DNA of 64,000 nucleotides from Bugula neritina. Lineage: Eukaryota; Animalia; Bryozoa. The stretch is from NCBI GenBank assembly GCA_964035545.1, contig OZ037768.1, positions 16,475,875 through 16,539,874 of the forward strand, in the 5' to 3' direction. This document shows positions 22,301 through 34,758 of the stretch, piece after piece. Numbering within the stretch: position 1 is the stretch's first letter; each line of letters begins with the position of its first letter. A program made the translations under genes and the position numbers. The notes beneath the pieces were generated by a model that was given only the letters and a program-made list of their open reading frames with translations, did no database searches and was not told the DNA's origin.

Positions 22301-25300
22301 CAAGACAGTCAATTCTAGCAGTCAATACTGTATTATTTTTTCTCATATATTAAGTTGGATGGTCAGTAGTTGATGGCATTGAAACCACAGACATGCTATG
22401 ACATGTAAAAAAGCAAGATTATAGTTAAAAAGTAAAGATGTTGAAACCCTGACTATAGCAGAAAATGGCATCTAGTGGACAGAATGCATAGTTTCTGGCG
22501 TACAATATGATTCATTGAGGTTGGCCGACACATGCACCCCTAGATTAGTCAATTTTCTATCTCCAAAAGTGTCAGCTGTTAGAAACTAAAAATATAGAGA
22601 TTTTTTGTGGAAATTTTTTTTCAAGTGCAATCTTAAAAGCAACTTGTTAGTGGAGTAATTTAGTAATTTTGCAATTATCAACATTGTAATATAATGCTAA
22701 TTATAAATTATTTGCTTTTTACAATTAGATTTTATGATTACTATTGCATATGTTTTGCACGCGGGTATGATGTTTACACATATTACAGTAATAATATAAT
22801 TGTATTATAACTTAAAGAATATAACCATCAAACGTGCCAAGTGTCACACGTCACGTTTATTTGCCTGCGTCCAGGATTTTTAAAAGAAGTCTAGAGATTT
22901 GTTAAAATCATGATTTCTCAAAAGATAATTAGTCCCTGAATCTCCAGGGTGTAGAGGTGTCCTAGAAATTTTACATTAAATGCTTAGCTAAGTCTATATT
23001 TTCAAATTTGTCTAGAAAAATACAGAACAATGACTGGGATTGATTATTGCAGTAAGACATAGGTTATTATCATTCAGCCATTAAATTTGTCTTCACTGGC
23101 TTGATAAATTCCTCTTCTTCGGCGCAACACCCTTTCTCTGTGATGCTAGTTTACTACTTCACAAAAGCAAATCAGTTTAAAGAAGCTTGCCATCCGCAGA
23201 AAGTTACCTTTTTAAAATAAATTTGCCAGTATACACTGCCAGTAGGGCTAGTAATGGCATGTATAGCAAGCTTTTACTAGCAGCCCTTCGCTGACTGTGC
23301 TATGCCGTGGACCTAACCAACCACATTATCTTGTATACTCAACCATTCAGTTATCTGACTGAGGTTTCCTGCTGCATGCAGTAGAGCTAGCAGCACAGTT
23401 ATATTGCCAGTGTAGATAGCCTTGTGTAGCATTACTATGCCCTTCCATCACCACTTCACACTTTTATAACTATAATGGATGTATACCTGCTAGTTAGCAA
23501 AAGTTAGCAAAAGTTAGCAATAATATAATAACTCAGCAGTATGTAATTACTATTTCCATAATATACTTCATAGTTTCTGTTAGGAAGTAGTAAAAGGTCC
23601 ATCAATTATAAAAGTGCAATAGATTTTATCTGCTAAGCATTTCTATCAACAGTTTGTGTCATTTATTATACCATCTTCTTAAAAAAACTTGTTTTATTTC
23701 TGTTGCAGTCGTATCGAAAGGTATGTATGCTGACATGGTAACTTTGCTCTCTGTCTTTCCGTTTCACATTCAATGTTTGCATGTCAGCATTGTGTAGCTA
23801 GGAAGTTTGCCTAATGAATGATTAAGCAAGGGGGATGACTTTAGATTAATAGATGCTATATACTTATTTAGCCTTGAGTTTGTTTGCTTTTTCTATTATT
23901 TCCATTCTAACCACCTTCTATATGCAAATGAATCATCAGACAAACAAACATGATTTTATAGAATATGCTAGCAGCTAACAACACTTACTATAAAGTCTGA
24001 TGACTCAGGTGCAGTTTACAACTGAATGGTGCAACAAACAGATACATTGACCGGTTTTAAGTTAAAACTTGCCACATATTTGCACATATCATTATTGTTA
24101 TTATTATTAACCATGGGTTAATGACGGCTACGCATTTAGCTCTCTAGCTACTATTTGTGGTATGTGACGAATGCTCATTTGAGTTTTCCTAATCTATGGT
24201 ATGAATCCATCGGAACATCTCACCCCCACACAATTTATCTAACACCTTTATCATTCATCAACCAATAACTTTGTAACTTCTGGTGCTTAGGGGTGTAAAT
24301 TCTGAATTGCTGGGCCACTTCAGAAGGTACTTGTGGGTAGCTACATTCCTTCGGCCATATCTTAAATTCCATTTCCTCTTATCAGCTTGGCATTAAAATT
24401 TTTGAGCTTTGAGCATCTACAGACTTTCCATGTTAACCATCAGTTTACAATTATTGTAGGCTTTTAGATAAAAAATAACACTTTGTTTGTTGATAAGAGC
24501 AGCATGAAAGGCATTTGACATGTTTTTTTAATATACACTGTAGTGTGTATGTTTAGACAACCATATATATTTATACTAATATTCTCTTGCAGCATAGAAT
24601 AGCTAGAGGTTAATGGTATAGGAGTAGCCAATAGTTAGTTAATAGACATTGGTTTCATTGCCGAAGATTCTCAATGTCATGTGTTTGACTTTCTTTAGAG
24701 GCGGAAGGTACACCACCCCCTCCTGGCAACTCCAACATTTGGTCAGCGGTGGACATAGATGATGTCGACAGCCAGGATAGCATAGGGACAGTGTCTCATT
24801 ACATTCCATGCACTGGCCGAGACAGAAATTACTGTTTACATGGCGGAGAGTGCCAGGTATTCCCCGATGGCCGCTACAAGCATTGTCGGTAAGTTTAGTC
24901 TCAAATTTTACACTTTGTTAAGCTTGCAAAAAACTTGCAACTTTAATAATGGCATAACAACTACATTTTACCTGTGGTCATGCTCTCAGCCGATGTTTCA
25001 GGTGTCCATCAGGGTTCACAGGAGAAAGGTGCATGGAGCGAAGTGTCATCAACACCGGCGGAAGTATGTCAATGGCATGTCTCCCCTTCACCAGCATGCA
25101 TTGACATTTTCTGTCAAACATATTGTATACTTGCATGTTGTGTGCTCATTGCATGTTTGAGCTACCTCCTTATATGAACTACAGCTTTCTGTTAGTCCAC
25201 ATTAGCAGAAATTGAAACTGTACCTCATCAGCTTATTATTTCAGATACTTTGTTTTGCCAACAGCAAAAAATGAAGTCTCTACCGCATCAGAGTCATTAT

Positions 25301-28300
25301 TAGCTGCCCTGTGAAAAATTCTCCCTCAGCTTATATTCTTTATAATATTAACCTCCAGTTAACCTTGCATGCCATGTAATATTGCACAATAGACTTGTAT
25401 GCTCTATATATACCACTAAGCATATGTTTTATAACACCTTCTGTTGTATTTTTACAATCTTTCATGAATTCAAGTTTGTATTGTATTATCTCATGCGAAT
25501 TGTGCTTTTTAGCTGCTTGGCAAGATTTACGGGCGCTCGTTGTGAAGAAGCAAATATTTTTCCGCCAACGCCCTTCCCCGTCTTACAGTCGACTAACAGG
25601 CTACCAGGTAAAAGATTTTAGTAATGATTTGTTATTTACAACTCAGGATAGATATTGTTAAGATGCTATGAGTGCTGTACAGTTGACAGTTTCATGGTTT
25701 TTTTGTTTGTTTTCTGTGTTATGAGCTTGGCCACTATTTAACCACTATCTTTCAGCTGTTTATAACTAGGAATTTTGACTACATTAAGTTACTAGCCACT
25801 GCCATTTTCTTATACATATCAGAACTCTTGGATATCTAAGTTAGATTGATAGTATCTGTTACAATTATTCAACCACTATATGCTTCTTAGGCCAACTAGT
25901 CAACATTAAAAAAAACATGGTTTGATTTTCCTCAGATAGGCTGGCGTAGGTAAAATACTCAATAATATCACCTGTACCTGCATCCACATCATTGTAATCA
26001 AACCAACCCGTTAATGACCGAATTACTAACTTATGAACTCCTTATTGACATTTAAGTGGGTTTATTCTATAATAGTACCAGGCGCTGCCCAAAGTGTAAC
26101 AAAAAGCTTTTTTTCTAAACAAAAGCATATATTCAAGCTGTGGTTAGATTAGCAATTTTGAAGAGAAATTTAATTGAGAACTTTATAATGTGGATCAAAT
26201 AAGTTTATCTTAAATTATTTACACGCCTTTAAATAATCAAATATATGCCATAATAATATTATTTTAAATATAATTTCAAAATTTGAGATGATATATAACT
26301 TTTCCATTTCAATTAATTCTTTTTTAGAGCTCACACAAAAAAACTGTTCTTATTTTTGTGAAAAGTACATGAAGTTTAGCAGCAGCCTTTACATATATTT
26401 AAACATAAATTAATAAAATGGATTTATATCTTCAGGTGTTAAAATCTCAGCTTTTATAATATTTAAGTAAATATTTTCACTAATTTTCAAGGATATTTCA
26501 ATCAATAAGAAGCAACTGCTGAGTTATTGAAGTAGTCCTTGTTTTTATAGATTTTTGATTTATTCTAATTTGGCTAATACCACAATTTGCACTGCATATA
26601 TTCTCCTGCAGGTATAGCTATAGTTTATAAAGAAATACAATTACTTTTTTCAAGGGTTGTCAGCTGAAAAACGTAATACTGGGGACAAAAATAAAACCTT
26701 TGTCATATACGCACATTATTTTATTATAAATTAGCCTTAGGTCACTGGATCTTGAACATTAAGAGACAAGTAATAATTGCCTAAGTTAAGAGTTCCTCAT
26801 GCTATAGTAATTACTATACAGCAAGAGTGCTGGTTATTGACTCAATTGAGCATATAACAATTTATTACCTGGTAGAAATGCTATTGCATGTGTTTATGTA
26901 TGTTAACTGTGTGTAAAATTATGTCTATTGTAAACTACAATATGCACATAATACTTTGGTGATGCCCATAATTGTAAAGATCTATGACCTGGTATTGTGG
27001 AAAAATATCTTTATTATCGCTAGTGTTGTGTGTAATAGCCAAACAGCATAACTTTGTGATAGATAATTTATATAATCAATTTTCTAGTGAATAATGTAAT
27101 GGAATAGTAAGTAGACATTGAGCCTAAGGTGTCAGCTACCTTGCTAGTATTAAGGTGATTAGATTACCAGGAAGAAAGACACTTGCACTATGCTCTTGGT
27201 AGATTCACAGCTTGGATGCAATTTTTTGTTGGTTCCATCTTAAATTTGTGTGCAAAAAATATAATTTACGTGAGCCTGCAGCCAGGAAAGATAAAATCAA
27301 AGCTGCTGCCAGACAATACTATTATATTGATTGCTTTAATTTATCTGATCAAGGGTTTAAAAGGAGCATCTGGCATTGTAGAGTAATATTTACTCTTTAC
27401 AAGCATATGACTATGACTGAGTGTTATGTGCTGATGTAAGCAGAGCATATGTTGATTGTATATATAACACAACATTATCAGCTCCCAGGCATCTAAATAG
27501 AGTGGTTTTACTATAAGAAAGTGGATGTGTGAAGCTAATGAAGTTCCAAAGAAAGTCAGTTGCAGAGTGTAAACTCTGACTATAACAGATTTTACTGACT
27601 CCTTAATTTAATTGAATAAGTTTAGTGGATTATCATCTGCTGACGTTTATTTACAGTACTGGTAAACAAATGCTAGCACTTACATAATACCTAATATGTG
27701 CTAATATTTCAATACTACTTGACTTGACAATAGATTCATGCTACTTTTTTGCAGGAACAAGCTTGGAGCTAGTATACATAATCATCACATTAGCAGCAGT
27801 TCTTCTAATTCTGGTCATTTTGCTGTTGGTAGTGGCATTTTACTGTGGAGGAAAGAGCTTTCAGAGGTATATTTAAAAACATTCCAACTGTACAAGTTTG
27901 CATAATAATTAATAATTTTAAGTGGCAACTAGTTAGTACACCGTAGTTAGTACTAATTGCAGAAGCAATGGCCTGAGCAAGTGCTCTGATAGATGCATAT
28001 TGGCGGTGGTTAGTACAAGGATAATTATTAAGCTATTAACCTTTAAAGAATGATGCTGTACTCATTTGCAACAGCAGAACATTTCTAGCACTTCTAGAAA
28101 ATATACTACTAATGAAGGGCTTACTGCAGCTTCCCTAAATAGTCCAACATAATCAGAATAGGGAAATAAAGCTATTTTTAAGATAGGGAATCCATTATAA
28201 AGATGTTTAGTCTATGATTTATCCATTGTTGGCATATACAAAGCAGTCACTTACCAGCAATAGCCTATACCTGGTTTCCAGTTAACCTGTTCAGTACGGT

Positions 28301-30694
28301 TGGTTGCAACTGCATAGGAAATAAATAGTTGCATCAGCATGCTTAATGCACAATTGTTTTAAAAAACTTGTTTCAGGCAGAAAGAGAAAAGGCAAGGTCA
28401 TGTCCAATACTGCCCGACTCCTCAGGTTGAAGCCATTCGTCTGTTACCAAGTCAAGATTCTGAACACAAGAGTCCATCTAATAAGCTATGCAGCTCAACG
28501 GTCAGTTTTATAAAACAACTAAATATTATTTATTTCAAATCGGTTCTAGTTTATCCAAAGTTTTTTCTAATTTTTAGAAGATTTTAGGTATAGTCTAGTC
28601 AGGTTAGAGTTATGAGCAAGTGTTTGAAGACCTCAGTGAGCTAATTGATTGAGTCACAGGAAGTAAAAATAGCATTTCCTGTGTTTCTCTTATCAAAGAA
28701 GTACTTGGCTGTTATCTGGTGAGCCTAGCAGGGTGTGAATGAAGCTCGCTGTGTGCGATGGCTCCAATATTCTATTCAAGGCAGCGTTATCTAGGCTGTT
28801 GAGTTTAACGTAACTCTCTTTTTTTCTCACTTTTGCACCCACTTATCTCGCTAGTTCTCATTGCCTGTGATATGAGGTCAGACTTGGAGTTTGGCCTGCT
28901 AAAAATATAACTAAGTGTCTGAGGTTAACTCAAGTATTGCGTAAGGTTTAAAGTACTACTTTTTTAAAAATGAGATAAACTTATTATCAAGCTACTTTGT
29001 CAAGTTTTTCATAGTATTTAACTTTCAAGTTGACAAAAATCACAAAATTTAACTTGTACAGGAAAGTTATAGTGAGAACAAACCAGGCAAGTTAATATAA
29101 CCCTAAAACTGAGCAAATTGATTTATAACCAGACTAATCATAGCCAGATTTATCTCTAGGTGCACTAATTATTTCTGACTTTCTGTACAGATAGGTATTA
29201 TCCTATAAAATATGGTCCATTATGCTAAGAATAATGAAATGTTTATTTGCTTGGCTATGGAAGTGGATCATTTCTTGACTGGAGAATTGTATTCACGCTT
29301 ATAAGGCAAATCATTCTCATCTGGATTAGCTTAAAAGATAATTACTTGACTCATTTTTGTTTCCCCCATAAAAATTTCGACCTGAAAAGTGACAGATGGA
29401 ATCTGCTTTAAATAATCTGATTCAAGTTTTTTTGTCGTCTGCTTGCGTCTGCTGGTATTAGAAGACCGAAACAACCAACATCTGAAGGCTTAGTTACAAA
29501 ATGCCATATTGCAAAACTTTATTACACTAGATTGATGCAATGAAATGGTCAGCTGGTTTAAGTTAGAAATGCACTCTAGTAGCCTCTGTTACAGTTTAAA
29601 TGAGGTTATATGTCTAAACAAAGTTTATGTTAAGTTCTAGGCACCTGACATGTTTATTCCATTTTCAAATTAGTGTGAAATGTGCTGTAAAATTTATGGT
29701 ATAGTAGATCCTGAAACAAAGAGAAAGATACAAAACTGAGGCTTATTGGGTAACCAAAACACAAATATTCAATTGGGCTTTCTATTCATAATAAGCAAAC
29801 GAAATCTAAAAATAGATACAATAGTAGTGTTGAGGAATCAGTTTGGCCCCTGGAGTGGTATCTTGCTAAAAAACGACAGTTTTTGCACCTATTCTCTCTT
29901 TAAATTTGCATGTGAATTATCCCACATCCCAGAATACAAAGCGGTTCATTGTATACTCTAAAGGCAGACACTACAATCAACTTTTTACTGGGTAGTCAAG
30001 TCACATGGTAGTAATTAGTGGGTAGTCTAAGGAGAGAAAAATTTATTGCATTCCTGGTGAGAACTCATAAAATATGCTTTGCTACAACATGGTCTATTTA
30101 CATAGTCTTATGCATTTATAGTATATTTATGAGAAACTGATGTATTTTAGCTGTAGTAGGTCTGTTGTTGAATGTATCCTTGTGTGTTAATAGGCTTCAC
30201 AGACTGAACCAATGAAGAAGAGCCCTAACCTTCTTCAGAGATCTCTAAACCTGGAGCACCACTTTCCTCACTCTTCTTCTGACGTTATATTGAGACGGAA
30301 GTCACTGAATGGCTCCCCGGGTAGACCAGTGAGTCAACCAGCGGACAGACGTACCCCTAGACACCGTCTCAGCGCCACCTCAACTATCACCGAACAAAGA
30401 GTAAACGATAGCAAAGACCATATATCATTATCAACACCAACTGAACCACATTTAGAAGAACATGTAGGCTTATGTGATGGTAGAATACATCATCAAGCTC
30501 ACTGTGATCATGAAAGTACTGAGTCCATTCGTCTTCATATTTCAGAGTCTTCAAGTGACAGTGAAGACTCTAATAGAATAAATAATAATAAACTGCAGGA
30601 TCTTTATTCTAAGCCAGCCAAGTACATGGAATTAAAGGCTACTAATAAGGGGAAGGCAAGCAGACAACATTTACATAATGGAAACCTAGAATAA
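19319..30694 (+). CDS. Transmembrane neuregulin/vein-family EGFR ligand (NRG2-type N-terminal domain, Ig, EGF, TM, cytoplasmic tail), ~617-628 aa
   Basis: Exons 19319-19880, 20891-21059, 21741-21862, 23709-23720, 24699-24888, [25002-25063 or 25513-25607], 27755-27866, 28377-28500, 30194-30694, all phase-consistent. DVQSKAVLSDIVIAGKV resembles the NRG2/GGF2 N-terminus. Ig: IACRIEGVPHPQVYWYKDG...HAGVYKCVAKSILGED. EGF: SHYIPCTGRDRNYCLHGGECQVFPDGRYKHCRC..FTG.RC. TM: LVYIIITLAAVLLILVILLLVVAFYC, followed by a basic QRQKEKR. Confidence 0.9.
25002..25063 (+). CDS. Neuregulin alternative EGF C-terminal exon A (CPSGFTGERCMERSVINTGG)
   Basis: tttcag|G TGT CCA TCA GGG TTC ACA GGA GAA AGG TGC ... GGC GGA A|gtatgt; phase 2 in, phase 1 out; supplies EGF Cys5 and Cys6. 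Confidence 0.85.
25513..25607 (+). CDS. Neuregulin alternative EGF C-terminal exon B (CLARFTGARCEEANIFPPTPFPVLQSTNRLP)
   Basis: tttttag|C TGC TTG GCA AGA TTT ACG GGC GCT CGT TGT ... CTA CCA G|gtaaaa; phase 2 in, phase 1 out; supplies EGF Cys5 and Cys6. Confidence 0.85.
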
Positions 30695-32259
30695 AAACAT
30701 GAATTTGCAGATTAAAAACTGTCTATTACCGACTGCTCATTAAACATTTTGATATGTAATATTATAGCCAAAACCTCATGTAGCTACAAAGAAAAATATG
30801 TTTAGTTCCATTATTTTAGTATTTATTTATCACCGCTGCTGCTGTATGTTTTCAAATGGATAAATAATTTATTTTTTGCTTAAAACCTATGACTTAGGCC
30901 CTGCTATGTTACAGTGTTTTCTGTCATATGTGCCATTTAGTGTGACCGACAATTCAGTTCATTCCATAAAGTTGTGCACCTGTGTTACTTAGTCTTAGAG
31001 ATGGGGAGACAGTCCCGGTGGGGACAGAGGGCTGTTGTGTAGAACCCTCTCCTTAACTTGGCCAATCGCACATCTTGCTAGCAATCTCTTTATTATTGTA
31101 CAGTTGAATTCATCAATAACCATTATTTATTTATAATAATTTTTATGCCTACAAATTGTTTTTATGTAAATAAATCCACAAGCTTAAAAAAATGTTAAAC
31201 TAATACGATAGTTTTACATTAATGGCTATAATAGGCATAGTGGGGTTCTAAACATTTGATGTTTGTGCCAGTTCTGAAATTTTATGAATTGCTTCATAGC
31301 TTAATCTTTTAATTTTTTCTGAGTGAAGATTATATGTAAATTAAAAAAAATAAAATATTATCAACTGATGGAACTATCACCAGTATGGTATTATATTTAT
31401 ACACTACAATATAGCCAAAATCATCTTTTTGCCCACATTTGTGAAATACCCTGCTGATATATTGGAAACCTGTTCACAACGGTAGAATAATATACATTAG
31501 ATCTGAATTTTAATTTAATATTTTAAACATCATTATTAAATGCAAATAATCTTAAAGTTTTATTGCACTTGACTTATTATTTGGAAATCTGTAGCTTATA
31601 CTATATGGTAAACCAACAAGAGCAAAACTCAAAAAATATGAGAAAGACTACAAAATTGTAACTATAAACAAGTTGAAAAAGCAATTAATAACTGCTATCA
31701 GCAACTATAGCATAAAGAGAATTCAATATATGTGAATCATGCCAAAGCCTTAATATTTTTTGTTTTTCTTGACCTTGTTATTTAATAAATTAATATAATC
31801 ATAACTAAAATATAATGTCGCACAGTTACACACAGGTACATGACTTTAAACAGATTACATGAATACGTGTCATATTCAATGAGATTTAGACTAAAAATTG
31901 CTCTTACCATGCTATATTGTCATGAATTTTATGCTTTATGCTTGTAGACTGACATGCATTATATTTTGGATGATTACAATACAATGACTTTGTCAAAGTT
32001 CTGGAGTAACATCCTCAGAGTTGTCTACTATCGAGTTTTTATAGATGGTTGTTCGCGAAAATGTTAGTAAATACGTTACTGATGCACGTTGTAAAATATT
32101 AATATTAGCTAACGTTTATATTTTTTGTCTGTACTGCGTATTTTCAAGCTATATCAATAAAAAATGGAACTGGCGGGATATTTTTTGTTAAATATAACTT
32201 TAATGAGTAATGTAACTTATGGACGATGTCATGTCTAAAATACTTATGTTATTGTCTGA

Positions 32260-32705
32260 ATAATGATAATTAGTATATGCAACATAAAATATAGTAATAC
32301 CCTATGCGTCTATGCCCTATGGGCTATGGGCATGGCTATGAGTATGACCATGACTCTCACTCTGTACTCTGTAGTTATACTAATACTAATACTAATAGTA
32401 ATACTTATACTTATAGTTATACTTATAGTTAATGTCATACAGTTATGAGTTATACTTATAGTTATACTGATAGCATAACTATGATTTAGAATATGGTTAT
32501 CATAATCATAATGATTATCGGTATCACTATCAGTATGACTATGAGTAAGAGTATCAGTATGAGTATGAGTATCACTTTCACTATTGCTATGCCTATCACT
32601 ATGAGTATGACTACGACTATGAGTCCATAACTATTGGTATCAATCACAGTGTAACTATGACTATCAGTGTTAGTGTTACTGTACTATTCGTATTAGTATT
32701 ACTAT
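32260..32705. repeat. Degenerate hexamer/(TAG/TAC) low-complexity tract
   Basis: actaatactaat, agttatactt, agtatgagtatg and cactatgagt units; similar sequence resumes at 34412-34545 and 35140-35420. Confidence 0.8.
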
Positions 32706-34411
32706 CCTCTTCCTCCTCTTCTTTAGCACGTACTAGAACAGCGTAAGCAGTACGCCTCAATAATTTCAATCCTTAACCAGCGTGTTTTTCAAATCTGTTG
32801 TCTTGCGGCTATTTTGCATAGTGGTATTATAAGTTAGAAATCATCACCGTGGCCCTAGCTTAGTTTTGATGTCACGAATTGTCTTTGGTAAAAACTGTTA
32901 TACTTATAGTACATTCGTTTCTTAGCATGTAATTATATCGTGAGAAGATCTCCCCAAGACACTGCTCTAGTGATTGCAGTGTTAGTGGGTCTATCATTTA
33001 TAAGTTCATCGTAAGCAGATGTGAGCGATTCATGTTTTTCCTCATGGGACAGAAAGCGAAGCAACAGAACATGTTTTATTTTTTGTTCGTCTATCACCTA
33101 GGGTTTCTAGTTTCAGCTTCTCACGAGCTACTGGCACACTATTTCTTCTTTTAATGGTTGATATGAATCTTATGGCGTTGTTTTGCACCATATCAATGTT
33201 ATTTATTAGATAATCTAATGAAGTATCCCAAACCATATTCAACATGCGGTCTACATAGGCTTGTGTAAGCAAGGAGACAAGCGGAAGCAAGGGCATCATG
33301 CAGTGCGCATTTAATCATGCTCCCAACTGTCTTTTGGCTTTCCCAATTTCAACTCTGAATATGTTTGTTAAACTTCAAGTCTGGCTGAAGAATGACACTC
33401 TGGTAGCAAGTCTCCTGCAAAATTTCTAGGGTTGTCCTGTTTAGCACATGGTTGGTGTAAGGGGAAGTTGCAGTCTGATTGAAGGGAAGAACGGAACATA
33501 TTTTCCCATTATTGAAGTGCGTAAACATTGTTTTGAAATCTCGATTTGTCTTGAGCATTGTTGACCACCTGGTAGATGAGGGTGTCCCCGGCAAATAGAC
33601 TTATGTTACAATCAATGTGGTCAGGCAGATCATTGATGTAGGCTAGGAAGAAGGTAGGGCCTAGCGCTGACCCCTGAGGAACCCAACCCCAGACTTTACA
33701 GGCAGTTCATATGAAAGTTGCCCTTTAATCCTTAAGTTTTTGTGTGCGGGCCATAAGGAAGTCATGAATCTATTTCACTATCTGTGTACTCACATTAGGA
33801 ATGTTAGATAGTTTTTGCATTAGGAGTCTGTGTGAAACTTTGTCGAATGCCTTCCCGAATTCAGGAACTATTGCATGAACAGCATCACTTTTGTTTCCAT
33901 GCCTAGCAATGTCATGATATGTGCCATATTATTGTGTCTCACATGACAGCCATGCTGTCTGTTACACAGAAACTTATCTGGTACAAAGTTTAGGTGGTGG
34001 AGCGCTATGTGTTTGAGCAACTTGCAAAGAATGCTAGTAATCGTAATAGATGGGTAGTTATTTGGTTAATCAGCAGGTCCTTTCTATGAAGCTAGCTTCC
34101 ATTCACTGGGAAAAGTTAAGGTAGATAGAGAGACTTTAAATTTAAAAGAAAGTCACTTAGCAGTCATGATAGGGTCTATTACAAGATCCTCTTTGCGTAT
34201 ACCATCTGGACCTGCTGGTTTTCTATTCTTGAGAGCAGTGAGAATGTTAGCAACTCCAGCATCAGATACCTCAATAGATGAGGCAGTACAATTATATCTA
34301 TTGTTGCTATCAAGTTGTGTTGCTTGCAGAATAGTATTGAAGAACTTATTCAAAATATTAGCACATTCTATTGGGTCTTCAGTGTGGTCATTTCCCGAGT
34401 CTTGAGTTTCA
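32706..34411 (-). mobile_element. 5'-truncated, frameshifted non-LTR retrotransposon (CR1/L2-like RT)
   Basis: Minus-strand RT motifs KPAGPDGI (~34200), YPSITITSILCKLL (~34030), FGKAFDKVSH (~33850), VPQGSALGPTFFLAYINDLP (~33650) and VQNNAIRFI (~33170). 3' tail AAAGAAGAGGAGGAAGAGG at 32706-32724. Candidate TSD TAGTATTACTAT at 32694-32705 and 34412-34423. Confidence 0.88.
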
Positions 34412-34545
34412 TAGTATTACTATTAGTAATACTAATGTCTAATACTAATAGTTGTAGTATTACTAATACTATTAGTATTTATAATTATATTCATATTGAT
34501 AGTGATTATTTAATAATTTATATTACATTTACAATTAGTAAATTA

Positions 34546-34758
34546 AGAGAGCAGCTGTGGTCTAAGGGTTAGAGTGTTTGCCTAGTAAACACGAGGTGAT
34601 GGGGTTCGAGCCCGACAAAGGCCATTGGTGATGTTAGGAAAAGCATTCAGTCATAATTGCTCCTGTGCCTCATTTAAATAAGTCCTTAGCCCGATTTAAC
34701 AAAAACCCTTTACATCAGGGGTTTCTCACAGGGATAGCGACAATAAACTTGCGTGAGT
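34546..34758 (+). mobile_element. tRNA-derived SINE, full-length
   Basis: A-box-like tggtctaagggttag and B-box ggttcgagccc, then body ggtgatgttaggaaaagcattcagtcataa. Perfect 18-bp TSD tttacaattagtaaatta (34528-34545 / 34759-34776). Confidence 0.9.

Noticed and set aside
34546-34620. Possible tRNA genes at 34546 and 39604 (and a weak head near 38120-38170)
   Set aside because: No complete cloverleaf; the two clear ones continue into a shared SINE body with TSDs.
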